From the NCBI GenBank assembly GCA_965228855.1, contig CBDDIJ010000002.1, positions 800,001-864,000 on the forward strand: DNA of 64,000 nucleotides. The letters run 5' to 3'. Below the pieces are notes generated by a model, which searched no databases, was not told the origin of the DNA, and saw nothing but the letters and a program-made list of their open reading frames with translations. The stretch is from Candidatus Obscuribacterales bacterium. GTDB lineage: Bacteria; Cyanobacteriota; Vampirovibrionia; Obscuribacterales; Obscuribacteraceae. The position numbers were made by a program, and so were the translations under genes. Below are positions 21,270 to 31,278 of this stretch, one piece after another (the first letter of the stretch is position 1; every line of letters begins with the position of its first letter).

Positions 21270-23141
21270 TCAGTCCGGTTTGCGACGCGTGTACAGTTCC
21301 TCTTCCATCGCCTTGTAGCGCTTCAGAACCTCCTCGGTCCTGATCGACAGCTTGTTGGTGAGGAGACCGTTGTCGACGGATGCAGCCACCGGTACGATCG
21401 AGAACTGCTTGATCGTTTCCCAGCGCTCCAGGCTTTTGTTGGCCTTCTCCACGATCTCCGCGACGCGAGCGACGATCGCCGGGTGCGTTGCGAAGAACGC
21501 GGGCAGTCCGTCGCCGGGTAGAGCCACGGATTTGTCGGACATCAGTTTGCGAGCCTTGTCCTGGTTCACGAAGATGAGCGCGCCGATGAACGGCTTGCCA
21601 TCACCGACCGGGACGACGTACTGGACGAGCTCATCGATGCCGTCGAAGGCGTTCTCGAGCTTCTCCGGAGCGACGTACTTGCCGCCGTCCGTCTTCAACA
21701 GGCGCTTCTTGCGACCCGTGATGTACAGATACTTGTCGGCGTCGAAGCGGCCGAGGTCGCCGGTGTTGAACCAGCCGTCGCTGAACGATGCCGCATTGGC
21801 GTCCGGCAGCTGCCAGTAGCCAGGCGTCACGCAGTCGCCCTTCAGCCAGATCACGCCGGCGCCGGATGTGTCACCGGGCTCCGGTACGATCTTCACGTCG
21901 ATGCAGTCCACGACTCGTCCAACGGAACCCGGACGGTTGTTGTCGATGGTATTGACTGCGATACCACCGCAGGTTTCGGTCAGCCCGTAGCCCTGACGCA
22001 GGGTGAAGCCGGTCAGGTCGAAGAAGTTGACCACATCCGCAGCGATGGGCGCGCCGCCCGAGAGCATGACTCGAACCCGGCCGCCGAGTGCCGCGCGGAT
22101 TTTGCTGAACACGAGTGCGTCAGCGATCTTGCGCTTGATACCGGGCTGATTCTGTTTGAACGCCCAGTCGATCAGCATTTTCTTCAGACCGGTCGCCGAG
22201 TGGATCTGCGCCTCAGCCTTGTCCTTGATCTTGCGCCACACGGCAGGAACGCCGAGCAGGACCGTCGGACGAATCTGCTTCACGACATCGGCCATCTCCT
22301 CGACCTTGCAGAAGGCAGAGGTGACACCACACCAGAGGCACAGCGAAGTGCCGTTGACGCGCTCGTAGACGTGGGCGAGCGGCAGGTACGACAGGTAGAT
22401 GTCGTCCTTGTTGAAGGTGAAGCCGTGCCGGAGAAGCGCTTCGCAAGCGGAGGCGATGTTGTGGTGCGTGAGCACGACGCCCTTCGGCACGCCGGTCGAG
22501 CCGGACGTGTAGATGATGGTGGCGATGTCATCGCCGTCGATGCCGAGGAACGTGCTGGACGCCGGGGTGCCATGGAACTGTCGGCCGATGGCGGACAGCA
22601 TATCCTGCGCGCGAAGGCTGGCTTCACGCTGCGTCGCGCCGGTGTGGTCGAGAGCATTCGCCGTCGCATCCGAGAAGGCGTGTGCAACAAGACCTTTGAC
22701 GCCGCCGCACTTGGCGAGCTGATCGGGACCGTCGACGAAGATGGTCATGGCGCCGGAGTCGCGAACGATGTAGCTGACCTGATCGGTTGCCGAGTTCGGG
22801 TAAATCGGAACCGAAGTGCCGCCGAGAGATTGAATGGCGAGATCCATCCACACCCATTCCGGGCAGTTCCAGGCGAGAAGCGCGGCGCGAGAGCCCTTGG
22901 AGAACCCGCGGTCCTTCAGGTAGACCATGAGTTCAGCAACGATCAGACCACATTCCCGCCACGTCACCTTGCGGTGACTGGAAGCCTCGGGGATCCAGAT
23001 AGGACCGCCTCCCGGATAACCCGCCGACATGAGATACAAGTCGCTACCGATCTTCGACTCGTTCTTGGCCAGGATCGCGGCCTTGTCGGGCGTGTTGAAA
23101 ACATGCGACCAGAACTGTCGCACAAGAGTTTTATTACTCAT
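21270..23141 (-). CDS. fadD: Long-chain fatty acid-CoA ligase (AMP-binding family)
   Basis: IIYTSGSTGVPKGV, YLPLAHVYER, QGYGLTE, WFNTGDLG, ITGRKK; likely start MSNKTL at 23141. Confidence 0.9.
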   Translation of the reverse strand: MSNKTLVRQFWSHVFNTPDKAAILAKNESKIGSDLYLMSAGYPGGGPIWIPEASSHRKVTWRECGLIVAELMVYLKDRGFSKGSRAALLAWNCPEWVWMDLAIQSLGGTSVPIYPNSATDQVSYIVRDSGAMTIFVDGPDQLAKCGGVKGLVAHAFSDATANALDHTGATQREASLRAQDMLSAIGRQFHGTPASSTFLGIDGDDIATIIYTSGSTGVPKGVVLTHHNIASACEALLRHGFTFNKDDIYLSYLPLAHVYERVNGTSLCLWCGVTSAFCKVEEMADVVKQIRPTVLLGVPAVWRKIKDKAEAQIHSATGLKKMLIDWAFKQNQPGIKRKIADALVFSKIRAALGGRVRVMLSGGAPIAADVVNFFDLTGFTLRQGYGLTETCGGIAVNTIDNNRPGSVGRVVDCIDVKIVPEPGDTSGAGVIWLKGDCVTPGYWQLPDANAASFSDGWFNTGDLGRFDADKYLYITGRKKRLLKTDGGKYVAPEKLENAFDGIDELVQYVVPVGDGKPFIGALIFVNQDKARKLMSDKSVALPGDGLPAFFATHPAIVARVAEIVEKANKSLERWETIKQFSIVPVAASVDNGLLTNKLSIRTEEVLKRYKAMEEELYTRRKPD

Positions 23142-24188
23142 ATAAGCCTGTGCCTTTTCTGTAGCGGCTGCAGTCAGGCCGGCACGAACGGCTCTCAGTC
23201 GGGTCCGACAGAGGGCGATATGTGCCACCAGCAGCAGTGCTACTTGACTTTCTTGCGAAGCTGGAAGAAGGTGGACGACGAATTCAGTCGCTCCGCGCTC
23301 AAGCAATAGCCTCGATTAAAAGTGATCCGATAGATTTCGGCTGAAAGAAGTAGTGACGGTTTATAAAACAACAAAACGAAGCTAGCTTATTGAGCCTTCC
23401 AATCTCAAGAGCTAATAAGAGCTTGGTGAAGGGAGACTTTGAACAATGATAGATCTCAAGTAGATCACTTGATCGCTAGCTATCAACTCGTGGGAGAACT
23501 GGCGTAAGTAACTTGTGGTGGTTGTCATTGGCGCCGTGTGGTAAAAGTTGCGGCAGTCAAGGTTCTCAAGATGACGACCTTGCGCGAACCGTAATTACCG
23601 TTGTCATGAAGTGGTGTCACCTATGGTGTTACTCTTTTTACAGGTTCACCAAAAACGTTCTCTCGACTGTGTTTCAGAGATGGTGTCGCTGCCAGTATCA
23701 CGCGCGCTGTTGGCGTTTCACAAATAGACAGAATGATTATTCGAAGTTTGTTTGTCAAGAGGTGGTTGATTGGGATATTTCGACACTTTGTGATCGGTAG
23801 TGGAGGTAAAACTTCTCTTGGCAGCTTGTCAAACTACTCACAGGTGTTTGTCGGGTGGTAGCTGCCAAGGGGTGCGTTGAAAGCCACTCTCGCTTAGCAC
23901 AGCTTTACAAAATGCGTACAGACGATAGAGCTTTTTGACGATTTACTCGCTAAAGCTCAAGATTCTGTAAGTACTTGATATATGACTGCTCAGATTTTTA
24001 GCATCAGAGAGGCTTATTTCAATAACACCGTCTTCGGAAGTTCTGCGAAAACTTTTTTCTCCAACATTCCCCAATAGCTCAGCCATCCCGTATCTCCACT
24101 ACTGAACGTTCAGTGGCCGGAGTAGCACAAGAGCCGCTAATGGAGCCATTGCCGGCTTCCATATCGGGCTGCAAAAGGAGCGTGTATC

Positions 24189-25256
24189 ATGTCTAACAAG
24201 AATGTTTCTGCTGCTCCGACCACGCCTGAGCGCGAGTTCCATCTCGTATGCAGTAGCGGTGGTTCGCGAGCAATTCTCGGCAGTGCGGGAGTACTTCTCG
24301 CCTGCAATCAGGCCGGCATCAGCAAGTTCAAGTCCATCGGTGGTATCAGCGGCGGGTCCATTCCGACCGTTCTGTACTCCTCCGGCATGGATGCGAAGAC
24401 TTGCCTGAGCACGGCTCTGGATATGGATTTTTCCAGCCTGCTCACTCGCCGCGCCAGTTTCTTCCGCATCCTGGTCGCGTACTTCATGCAGCGCCGCAAC
24501 GAGAAGGTTCGGCCGGTCAATGGTGTCCTCACCTCTGAGAAACTCGGCGACTTCGTCGAAGGTTTCCTCAAGGATGGGGAGCTGTGGCCCAAGGGCTACT
24601 GGACGATGGCGATTGCTGAGGATGCGCAAATCGTGTTCTCGGAAAATGGCGTTTTCGAGATCCGCCCCGATGGTCACCTGCGGTTCATCTCGTGCGACCC
24701 GGGTCCTCTCGGTACTGCGGTCCGTGGCAGCTGCGCTGTTCCCGGCATCATCTCGGCTGTCGAATACAAGAACAAGGTTCTGTTCGACGGCGCGCTTGGT
24801 CCTGAGAGCCGCGTTCCCGCCGGCGTCCCCATGCGACTCTACGGCGCTCAGCCGCGCGATATCATCGCGTGCGACGTGGGCGACGAGAACAGCAAGCAGG
24901 CGCAGCGCGTCACCAAGCTCTGGAAGATGGTCTGCGGTGACGACTGCGTCCCCGCCGTCGAAGACCCGATCTACAACAAGTCCCATGGACTGACGTGGAT
25001 CGAGCCGAAGATCACCTCCGTGCGGTCTCTGCAGTTCAACCTGACCCGTGACCAGAAGTGGGAAGCGGTGATGGCCGGCTTCGTGGCGTCCGTTCCGGAA
25101 CTCGCTCTGTCGGGCATCCTGACCGGAGATCGCCTGGTCGGCGCTCAAGCGCTGGTCACGGAGTACGAGGCTGCTCTGCGGCAGACCGAGACCGGCAAGG
25201 TCGGTGATCTGACCAAGCTGGTCGAGAGCATGCTGTCGAAGAACGGCTTGCTGTGA
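24189..25256 (+). CDS. Patatin-like phospholipase/esterase
   Basis: SSGGSRA oxyanion loop, GISGG nucleophile, GSCAVPG, FDGA. Confidence 0.85.
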   Translation: MSNKNVSAAPTTPEREFHLVCSSGGSRAILGSAGVLLACNQAGISKFKSIGGISGGSIPTVLYSSGMDAKTCLSTALDMDFSSLLTRRASFFRILVAYFMQRRNEKVRPVNGVLTSEKLGDFVEGFLKDGELWPKGYWTMAIAEDAQIVFSENGVFEIRPDGHLRFISCDPGPLGTAVRGSCAVPGIISAVEYKNKVLFDGALGPESRVPAGVPMRLYGAQPRDIIACDVGDENSKQAQRVTKLWKMVCGDDCVPAVEDPIYNKSHGLTWIEPKITSVRSLQFNLTRDQKWEAVMAGFVASVPELALSGILTGDRLVGAQALVTEYEAALRQTETGKVGDLTKLVESMLSKNGLL

Positions 25257-25269
25257 TGTTGAAGCTGGG

Positions 25270-25320
25270 CATCCGGTCGCGGCTAAGAGACTGATATCAG
25301 TCTCTCGGTCGTGACCGGTG
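25270..25320 (+). terminator. Long hairpin after the patatin gene
   Basis: CCGGTCGCGGCT..GAGACTGA-ta-TCAGTCTC..GGTCGTGACCGG. Confidence 0.5.
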
Positions 25321-25491
25321 CGTAGCTGTTAAGCTTTAAGTAAAGACTTAAGGAGCCCTCGTAGGGACTTCATAATCCCCTTCAGGAGTGCGTCATTTGA
25401 TTCCAATCAACGTTCAGACATCCAGTTTCCGACACGGTGTCGGTGGATGTCCGGACGCTGTTTTCTAGCACTTCAGCATAGGACGATCACA

Positions 25492-26712
25492 ATGAGTGAC
25501 AAGAAGAACAAAGTGTTTCTCGTGAGCGGCAGCCGGACCCCGATCGGGTCGTTCGGCAAGAGCTTGCGTTCCGTTCCTGTGGACAAGCTGGCAAGCCACA
25601 GCATGACCCACGCCATTCGGCGTGCTGGTATCGACGCCGGTCGACTCGGCGGCGTCATTCTCGGTCATGGTTACCAGACCTCGTACACGCCCAATACGGC
25701 GCGTGTCGCGTCGCTGGATGCCAATCTCCCCGCTACCGTTCCTGGCGTGACCGTACAGCGCCAGTGCGGCTCCGGCATGGAAGCCATCAACATGGCAAGC
25801 GAGAAGATCATGCTTGGCAAGGCCGACCTGATGCTCGCTGGCGGTGCCGAGTCCATGTCGACGATCCCGTATCTGATTCCCGGCGACCTGCGCTGGAACG
25901 GCTGGATCGCCAAGTACGTCAAGATCGCGCGCCTCGGGCCGCGTCCGACGCCGTTCGTTCTGGCTGACAACGGGCTTGCCCCGCTGAAGCTGATCAACGA
26001 CACCAAGACCGTCGCCATGGCCAAGACCGCTCAGCGTCTGGCCGAGACCTACGGCATCTCTCGCGAAGCCGCCGACGAGTACGCGCTGCGCTCGCAGCTG
26101 CTCGCCAACGAGGCAATCACGAGCGGACGTTTCGACCTCGAGATCGATCCGATTGCGGTCGGCTCCCGCGGTTTCTTCTCGCGTGATGAACACGCGCGCA
26201 AGACGAGCAAGGAAGCGCTCGCCAAGCTCGGTCCGGTGCTCGGCACTCGTCAGGTTACCGCGGGCAACAGCTCTGGTATCAATGACGGTGCGTGCATGGT
26301 CGTGCTGGCTTCCGAAAAGGCAGTCAACGAGCTCGGCTTGTCGCCGCTCGCCGTCCTGGTCGATCACGCCGTGGTTGGTGTGGACCCGGATCAGATGGGA
26401 CTAGGTCCCGTCGCTGCCATCACCAAGCTGCTCGACGACAACGGCCTGACGCTCGCCGACATTGACCTCATCGAGCTCAATGAGGCTTTCGCCGCCCAGT
26501 ATCTGGCGTGCGAGAAGCTGCTCGGACTGGACCGCAACAAGGTCAACGTCAACGGCGGCGCCATCGCGCTCGGTCACCCGATCGGCATGTCCGGCGCTCG
26601 CCTGCCCCTCACGCTCGCCTATGAGCTCAAGAAGCGCGGTCTGAAGCGTGGTATCGCTTCGCTGTGCATCGGCGGTGGCATGGGCATCGCTACCCTTATC
26701 GAGCTGCCCTAA
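25492..26712 (+). CDS. fadA: Acetyl-CoA C-acyltransferase (thiolase)
   Basis: RQCGSG catalytic Cys, [28 protein letters not shown]; start MSDKKN. Confidence 0.92.
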   Translation: MSDKKNKVFLVSGSRTPIGSFGKSLRSVPVDKLASHSMTHAIRRAGIDAGRLGGVILGHGYQTSYTPNTARVASLDANLPATVPGVTVQRQCGSGMEAINMASEKIMLGKADLMLAGGAESMSTIPYLIPGDLRWNGWIAKYVKIARLGPRPTPFVLADNGLAPLKLINDTKTVAMAKTAQRLAETYGISREAADEYALRSQLLANEAITSGRFDLEIDPIAVGSRGFFSRDEHARKTSKEALAKLGPVLGTRQVTAGNSSGINDGACMVVLASEKAVNELGLSPLAVLVDHAVVGVDPDQMGLGPVAAITKLLDDNGLTLADIDLIELNEAFAAQYLACEKLLGLDRNKVNVNGGAIALGHPIGMSGARLPLTLAYELKKRGLKRGIASLCIGGGMGIATLIELP

Positions 26713-26758
26713 CGGAGTTTTCTAACGGTTTAACCAGAAACCAGAGGACACAATAACC

Positions 26759-28960
26759 ATGTCAAAGGCCATCACTCTCAGTAAGCTCGGTAGCGGCATC
26801 GCCGTCATCACCATCGACCTTCCCGACAGCAAAATGAACCTGCTGTCGGGTTCGGTCATGACCGAGCTCAACGAAGCTTTGGACACCATCGAGCGCGACG
26901 GCTCGAAGGGCGTCATCATCGTCTCCGGCAAAGAAGGCAACTTCGGCGCCGGCGCCAACGTCGAGGAGATTCAGGCGCTCCAGAGCCAGCCTGCCATCAA
27001 GATCTACGAGGCGGCGAAGGACGGCAAACGGCTGTTCGCGCGTCTCGAGAAGCTCAACTCCATTGCGGCGATCAACGGCACGTGCCTGGGCGGCTTCACT
27101 GAGCTCACCCTGGGCTGCAAGTACCGCATCGCCACCTCCGATCCGAAGACCGAGATCGGTGTCCCCGAGGTGCTGCTCGGTTTCATCCCGGGCTGGGGCG
27201 GTACCGTGCGGCTGCCGCGGCTCATCGGAGCGCAGGCTGCGTTCAAGATGATTTCGACGGGCAAGGCCGAGTCGGGCTACAAAGCCTGGCGCCTGGGACT
27301 CGTCGATGAGATCGTCGCCAAGCACGAGCTCGTCGAGCGCGCCGCCGAGATTCTCCTGGGTTCCAAGCCCAAGCGCTATCAGCCGCGCTTCAAGGAAGGC
27401 ATCGTCCGCAAGCTCACGGCTGTCGGTCTGGAAGGAAACAGCCTCGGCCGTTCGCTCTTCCGCAAGATGGCGTCGCAGGCTGTTTACGCCGCCACCAAGG
27501 GCAAGTACCCGGCTCCGGTCGAGGCGCTCAAGGTCGTCATGGTCGCGCTTTCCGGTGACCGTGAGAAGGCTTTCGAAGCCGAGTCGCAGGCGTTCGCCAA
27601 GCTCGCCACCAGCCAGGTGTCGAAGAACCTGGTCAGCATTTTCTTCGGGCAGTCCGTGTCGAAGAAGATGGAAGGCGTCGCTCCGAACATCGACGTGAAG
27701 TCGGTCGGCGTTCTCGGCGCAGGCGTCATGGGTGCCGGCATCGCGCAGGCGGCGGCTTACAAGGGCTACACGGTCGTCCTCAAGGACATCGACCAGGCTG
27801 CGCTCGACAAGGGCATGGAGACCATTCGCGGTCTCTTCAAGGCGCTCGTCGACCGCAAGAAGCTCAGCCAGACCGAGATGGACGTGATCATGTCCGCGGT
27901 CAAACCGACGCTCGACTACGCCGACCTCGCCGACTGCGACCTCGTCATCGAGGCGGTCGTCGAGAAGATGAACGTGAAGAAGATGGTGCGCGCCGAGTGC
28001 GAGAAGGCCATCAGCAAGCCGTTCATCTTCGCCACCAACACGTCGTCGCTGTCTGTCGGCGGCATGACCGAAGAGCTGCGCAAGGGCGAAGAGCTGGTCG
28101 CTCCCGCCTCGCGCCATCCGGAGATGACGGTGGGCATCCACTTCTTCAACCCGGTGCACAAGATGCAGCTCGTCGAGGTCGTGCGCGGCTCGACCACCAG
28201 CGAGGAAACGCTGGCTGCGGCCAAGGCTTTCGTCGCCAAGCTCGGCAAGTTCCCGGTCCTGACCAACGACGCCCCCGGCTTCGTGGTCAACCGCATCCTC
28301 ACCCCGTACATGCGCGAAGCTATGGTGCTGGCCGAAGCCGGTGTTCCGATTCCGGACATCGAGAAGGCGGCGCTCAATTTCGGCATGCTCATGGGTCCCT
28401 TCACCCTGCTCGACGAAGTCGGTCTGGACATCGCCGGCCACGTCATCGAGACGCTTCACGGCGCCTTCGGTGATCGGCTGTCGCCCCCGCCGATTCTGTC
28501 GGTCGTGAAGGAGAAGAAGCTGCTCGGCCGCAAGGGTGGCAAGGGCATCTACCTCTACGACGAGAAGAACGACCGTCGCTTCGTCATGGAAGGCGGCCGC
28601 TTCTCGAAGAAGAAGAAGCGCTACCTGCTCAACCCGGAGATCACCGATGCCATCAAGGCGCCGGTGAATCGCAAGACCGAGGGCGAGATCCAGGATCGGC
28701 TCTTCCTTGCCATGGTCGCTGAAGCGGCGCTGGCGGTGCAGGAGAACGTGATCGAGGATCCGGCGCAGCTCGACTTCGCCATGATCTACGGAACCGGCTT
28801 CCCTCCGTTCATCGGTGGTCCGCTCGCCTACGCCGACGCGATGGGCACCTCTCTGGCTTACCAGAAGCTGCTCTATCTGTCGAAGGTCCACGGCGACAAC
28901 TACAAGCCCTGCGACCTCCTCAAGGAGAAGGGCGCCACCGGCGAACCGTTCCGCAAGTAA
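26759..28960 (+). CDS. fadJ: Fatty-acid oxidation complex alpha subunit (enoyl-CoA hydratase / 3-hydroxyacyl-CoA dehydrogenase)
   Basis: CLGGFTEL, PEVLLGFIPGWGGT, GAGVMGAGIA, EAVVE, ATNTSSL, HFFNP, PGFVVNR. Confidence 0.93.
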   Translation: MSKAITLSKLGSGIAVITIDLPDSKMNLLSGSVMTELNEALDTIERDGSKGVIIVSGKEGNFGAGANVEEIQALQSQPAIKIYEAAKDGKRLFARLEKLNSIAAINGTCLGGFTELTLGCKYRIATSDPKTEIGVPEVLLGFIPGWGGTVRLPRLIGAQAAFKMISTGKAESGYKAWRLGLVDEIVAKHELVERAAEILLGSKPKRYQPRFKEGIVRKLTAVGLEGNSLGRSLFRKMASQAVYAATKGKYPAPVEALKVVMVALSGDREKAFEAESQAFAKLATSQVSKNLVSIFFGQSVSKKMEGVAPNIDVKSVGVLGAGVMGAGIAQAAAYKGYTVVLKDIDQAALDKGMETIRGLFKALVDRKKLSQTEMDVIMSAVKPTLDYADLADCDLVIEAVVEKMNVKKMVRAECEKAISKPFIFATNTSSLSVGGMTEELRKGEELVAPASRHPEMTVGIHFFNPVHKMQLVEVVRGSTTSEETLAAAKAFVAKLGKFPVLTNDAPGFVVNRILTPYMREAMVLAEAGVPIPDIEKAALNFGMLMGPFTLLDEVGLDIAGHVIETLHGAFGDRLSPPPILSVVKEKKLLGRKGGKGIYLYDEKNDRRFVMEGGRFSKKKKRYLLNPEITDAIKAPVNRKTEGEIQDRLFLAMVAEAALAVQENVIEDPAQLDFAMIYGTGFPPFIGGPLAYADAMGTSLAYQKLLYLSKVHGDNYKPCDLLKEKGATGEPFRK

Positions 28961-29007
28961 GCTTCACTGTTTGAGATTGACAGAGTAGTTGGATAAACAA
29001 TCTCCGG

Positions 29008-29046
29008 CTGGACGGAAGGTGACCACAAGTCACCTTCCTCCAGTTT
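29008..29046 (+). terminator. Intrinsic terminator after fadJ
   Basis: GGAAGGTGAC/GTCACCTTCC stem followed by TTT. Confidence 0.75.
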
Positions 29047-29059
29047 GTCTAAACCTTCC

Positions 29060-29143
29060 CTACTAGATCGTATCGTGATACAAAGCTTTCAAGATGTTGT
29101 GAGAATTGCTACTAGATCGTATCGTGATGCAAAGCTTTCAAGA
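29060..29143 (+). repeat. Tandem 35-bp direct repeat (period 49) of the CTACTA box region
   Basis: CTACTAGATCGTATCGTGATRCAAAGCTTTCAAGA at 29060 and 29109; first 20 bp recur at 30975. Confidence 0.9.
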
Positions 29144-29194
29144 CAGCCTCTCCGTAGCAGTTTCCAGATTTGTGCGTTTGTGGTTTGGTGTTTT

Positions 29195-29246
29195 TGGCAA
29201 CGAGAGAGCGACGATTTATCCAAATTCCGTCAATGCCACGTAGACA
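29195..29246. repeat. 52-bp symmetric core, copy A (left box at 29109; right box degenerate near 29338)
   Basis: TGGCAA-cgagagagc-GACG-atttatccaaattc-CGTC-aatgccacg-TAGACA. Confidence 0.85.
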
Positions 29247-29703
29247 GTTTGGTTGACCCTGGAGTCTGAAACCCCCGAAGTCTCTCTGTGCAGGGTTTTA
29301 CTGAGACGGACTTTACGGAGAGCTGGATTAGACGGTGGGTGGCTGAGGGCGCCGTGCGTGAGCTTCGCATCATAAATTCTGCGTGACTGCACCGTTACGG
29401 CTTGCGCTAAGGAACTGGAAACGCCGTGCGGACGGCGATGTTACGGGGTTTTAAGTGTTTCATTTCGAAATGTATTGGTGATTACTAGCGAGGCCAACTG
29501 ATAAACAGAGATGTCAACATTCTCGTCTCTGCCTCAGGAGTTCATCGTCACGCGTTCCTGAAACTCCCTCTCATTCGAAGCTTTTCGTGTCTCTTCATGG
29601 AGTCGCGTCATGGTTCGTCTGGCTGGAGAACGAGAACGGCCGCCTTTCCGCGGTCGTCGTTGAATCCACTCACGCATTGAACACAACCAAATCAGGAGTT
29701 CAA

Positions 29704-30900
29704 ATGACCAAGAAGATCGTGGTTCTCGCTGCTGCGCTGGCGGCGGCTTTGTCGTTCGCCACCTCTCAGGCGGCGTTCGCTCAGGCTCAGGTTCAAACGC
29801 AAGCAGCGGCCCTGCCGGTCGTGACGCCGCAGACGGTCGATGCAGAGCTCGCCGGCGATAAGCCGGTTTTCATCATCCTGACCGGCGCGGACTGCAACGT
29901 CTGCACCGAGATTGCGAAGCTCGCAGCGAAGTACCCGCAGATGAAGTTCCTCCAGGGAAAGGCTAGCGACTTCGATTCTCCGGATGTCGTCCACGTCGGA
30001 ATCCTCCCGCTCGCCATCGTCAGCGTCCCCGGCGTCGGCCCGACGTTCCAGCTGGAGAAGTTCGCCCCCGCCGACCTCGACAAGTTCATCGCGGAACGTG
30101 TGACTGTCGCGATGCGTCAGACTGCTGCTTCCAACAAGGTCTCAGCGGTGCGCGAGAACATCAAGACGACTTCGCAGCCGTTCAACGAAGACCTCGCGAA
30201 GCTGAACGCCGAGTACAAAGAGCTGTGGAAGCCCTACGCTGATCGCATCGATGCGGAGCGCCTCAAGGCCGCGAAGGCGACGGCACCGTTCGAAGCACAA
30301 CTCACCGCTCTCTCGAAGAAGGCGAACGACGAACGCGATCCGCTCGTCGCCAAGCTTCGCGAAATCGAGGGTCGAGCCCGCGCTGCCGTGGAGGCGGATT
30401 CGGAGATCGTGGCGCACACGAAGACGATCGGCGACCTGCGCAAGTCCTTTGCCGATGCGGAAGCCGAACTTGAGCAGCTCAAGGAGAAGGGCGTCGACGG
30501 CAAAGATGCCGCCTTCAAGGCGGTGACCGACAGGATGAGTGCGCTCGACAAGTCATTCGGCGACACGATTGCGGCTGGTCGCGCTCGTACCGTCGAGGTC
30601 ATGAAGCCGTTCGCGGAAGAGGCCAAGCCGGTTGCCGCGCAGCTCGAAGCCGTCGAAAAGAAGTTTGGTCCTCAGATCGCCGACCTCTATGCCAAGATCG
30701 AGCAGGCATCGAAGCCGTTCGCGGACGAAGCCAGCAAGATCTCTGCCGAAGGGAAGCTCATGCTCAAGCCGCACTTCGACGAGGTGGACACCGTCAAGGC
30801 CAACAAGAAGCGCGCGCTCAAGCCGCTGTTCGACGAGCTGAAGACAGCAATGGGCGAACTGGAGAAGGTTCTCGACGAGACCGCCGCGCCGGCGAAGTAA
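29704..30900 (+). CDS. Secreted thioredoxin-like (CNVC) domain plus long Pro-punctuated helical repeat
   Basis: CAGGAG RBS, signal peptide to AFA-Q, KPVFIILTGADCNVC, ~18-aa xP(F/Y/L) helical repeats. Confidence 0.75.
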   Translation: MTKKIVVLAAALAAALSFATSQAAFAQAQVQTQAAALPVVTPQTVDAELAGDKPVFIILTGADCNVCTEIAKLAAKYPQMKFLQGKASDFDSPDVVHVGILPLAIVSVPGVGPTFQLEKFAPADLDKFIAERVTVAMRQTAASNKVSAVRENIKTTSQPFNEDLAKLNAEYKELWKPYADRIDAERLKAAKATAPFEAQLTALSKKANDERDPLVAKLREIEGRARAAVEADSEIVAHTKTIGDLRKSFADAEAELEQLKEKGVDGKDAAFKAVTDRMSALDKSFGDTIAAGRARTVEVMKPFAEEAKPVAAQLEAVEKKFGPQIADLYAKIEQASKPFADEASKISAEGKLMLKPHFDEVDTVKANKKRALKPLFDELKTAMGELEKVLDETAAPAK

Positions 30901-30927
30901 TCGAGCAGCCCAAACATCAGTAGTGGA

Positions 30928-30961
30928 GCGGATGGCGAGAGATAATCTCGCCGTCCGTTTT
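30928..30961 (+). terminator. Intrinsic terminator
   Basis: GCGGATGGCGAGA/TCTCGCCGTCCGT followed by TTT. Confidence 0.8.
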
Positions 30962-30974
30962 CTTGGATCTTTTG

Positions 30975-31198
30975 CTACTAGATCGTATCGTGATGGTTTC
31001 GTTTAAAAAACCTGATAGCGCCAGTTGTTTCGTGGGACGTGATGTTTAGAGCGATGTTTTTGGCAACGAGAGAGCGACGATTTCTCGTGATTCCGTCATA
31101 GCCAGATAGACAGCCCAGAGCTATCGGAAAGACGTGTGTCTCTAGATGGTCTGTAGGGCATGTTCTAGAGGATTCGTCCTCACTGTGCGAGATAGTAG
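30975..31198. repeat. Symmetric element copy B (core 31061-31112)
   Basis: CTACTAGAT ... TGGCAA-cgagagagc-GACG-N14-CGTC-atagccaga-TAGACA ... AGATAGTAG; core centre equals element midpoint 31086.5. Confidence 0.9.
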
Positions 31199-31278
31199 CG
31201 AGGTTTGGGCTTAGCCTCACTGGATAGTAGTGGGGTTTGGACTTAGTCTCACTGTGCAAGATGGTAGCGGGGGTTTAC
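31179..31278 (+). repeat. Three degenerate tandem copies of the right box of element B
   Basis: CTCACTG(tgcra)GATRGTAGYG..GGTTT repeated three times. Confidence 0.8.

Noticed and set aside
23834..24060. Possible ninth, degenerate element (CTACTC at 23834, GACG-N14 at 23937)
   Set aside because: Spacing fits (113.5 bp) but the right half-site, TAGACA and right box are missing; needs a profile search
26762..28891. 709-aa antisense ORF (also 15317-16852, 6440-7786, 45785-47242, 60985-62397, 22200-23309)
   Set aside because: Shadow ORFs opposite well-supported genes, expected from biased codon usage; no motifs
29060..29143. 35-bp direct repeats as a mini CRISPR array
   Set aside because: Only two adjacent copies with a 14-bp gap, no cas genes; explained as duplication of the element's box
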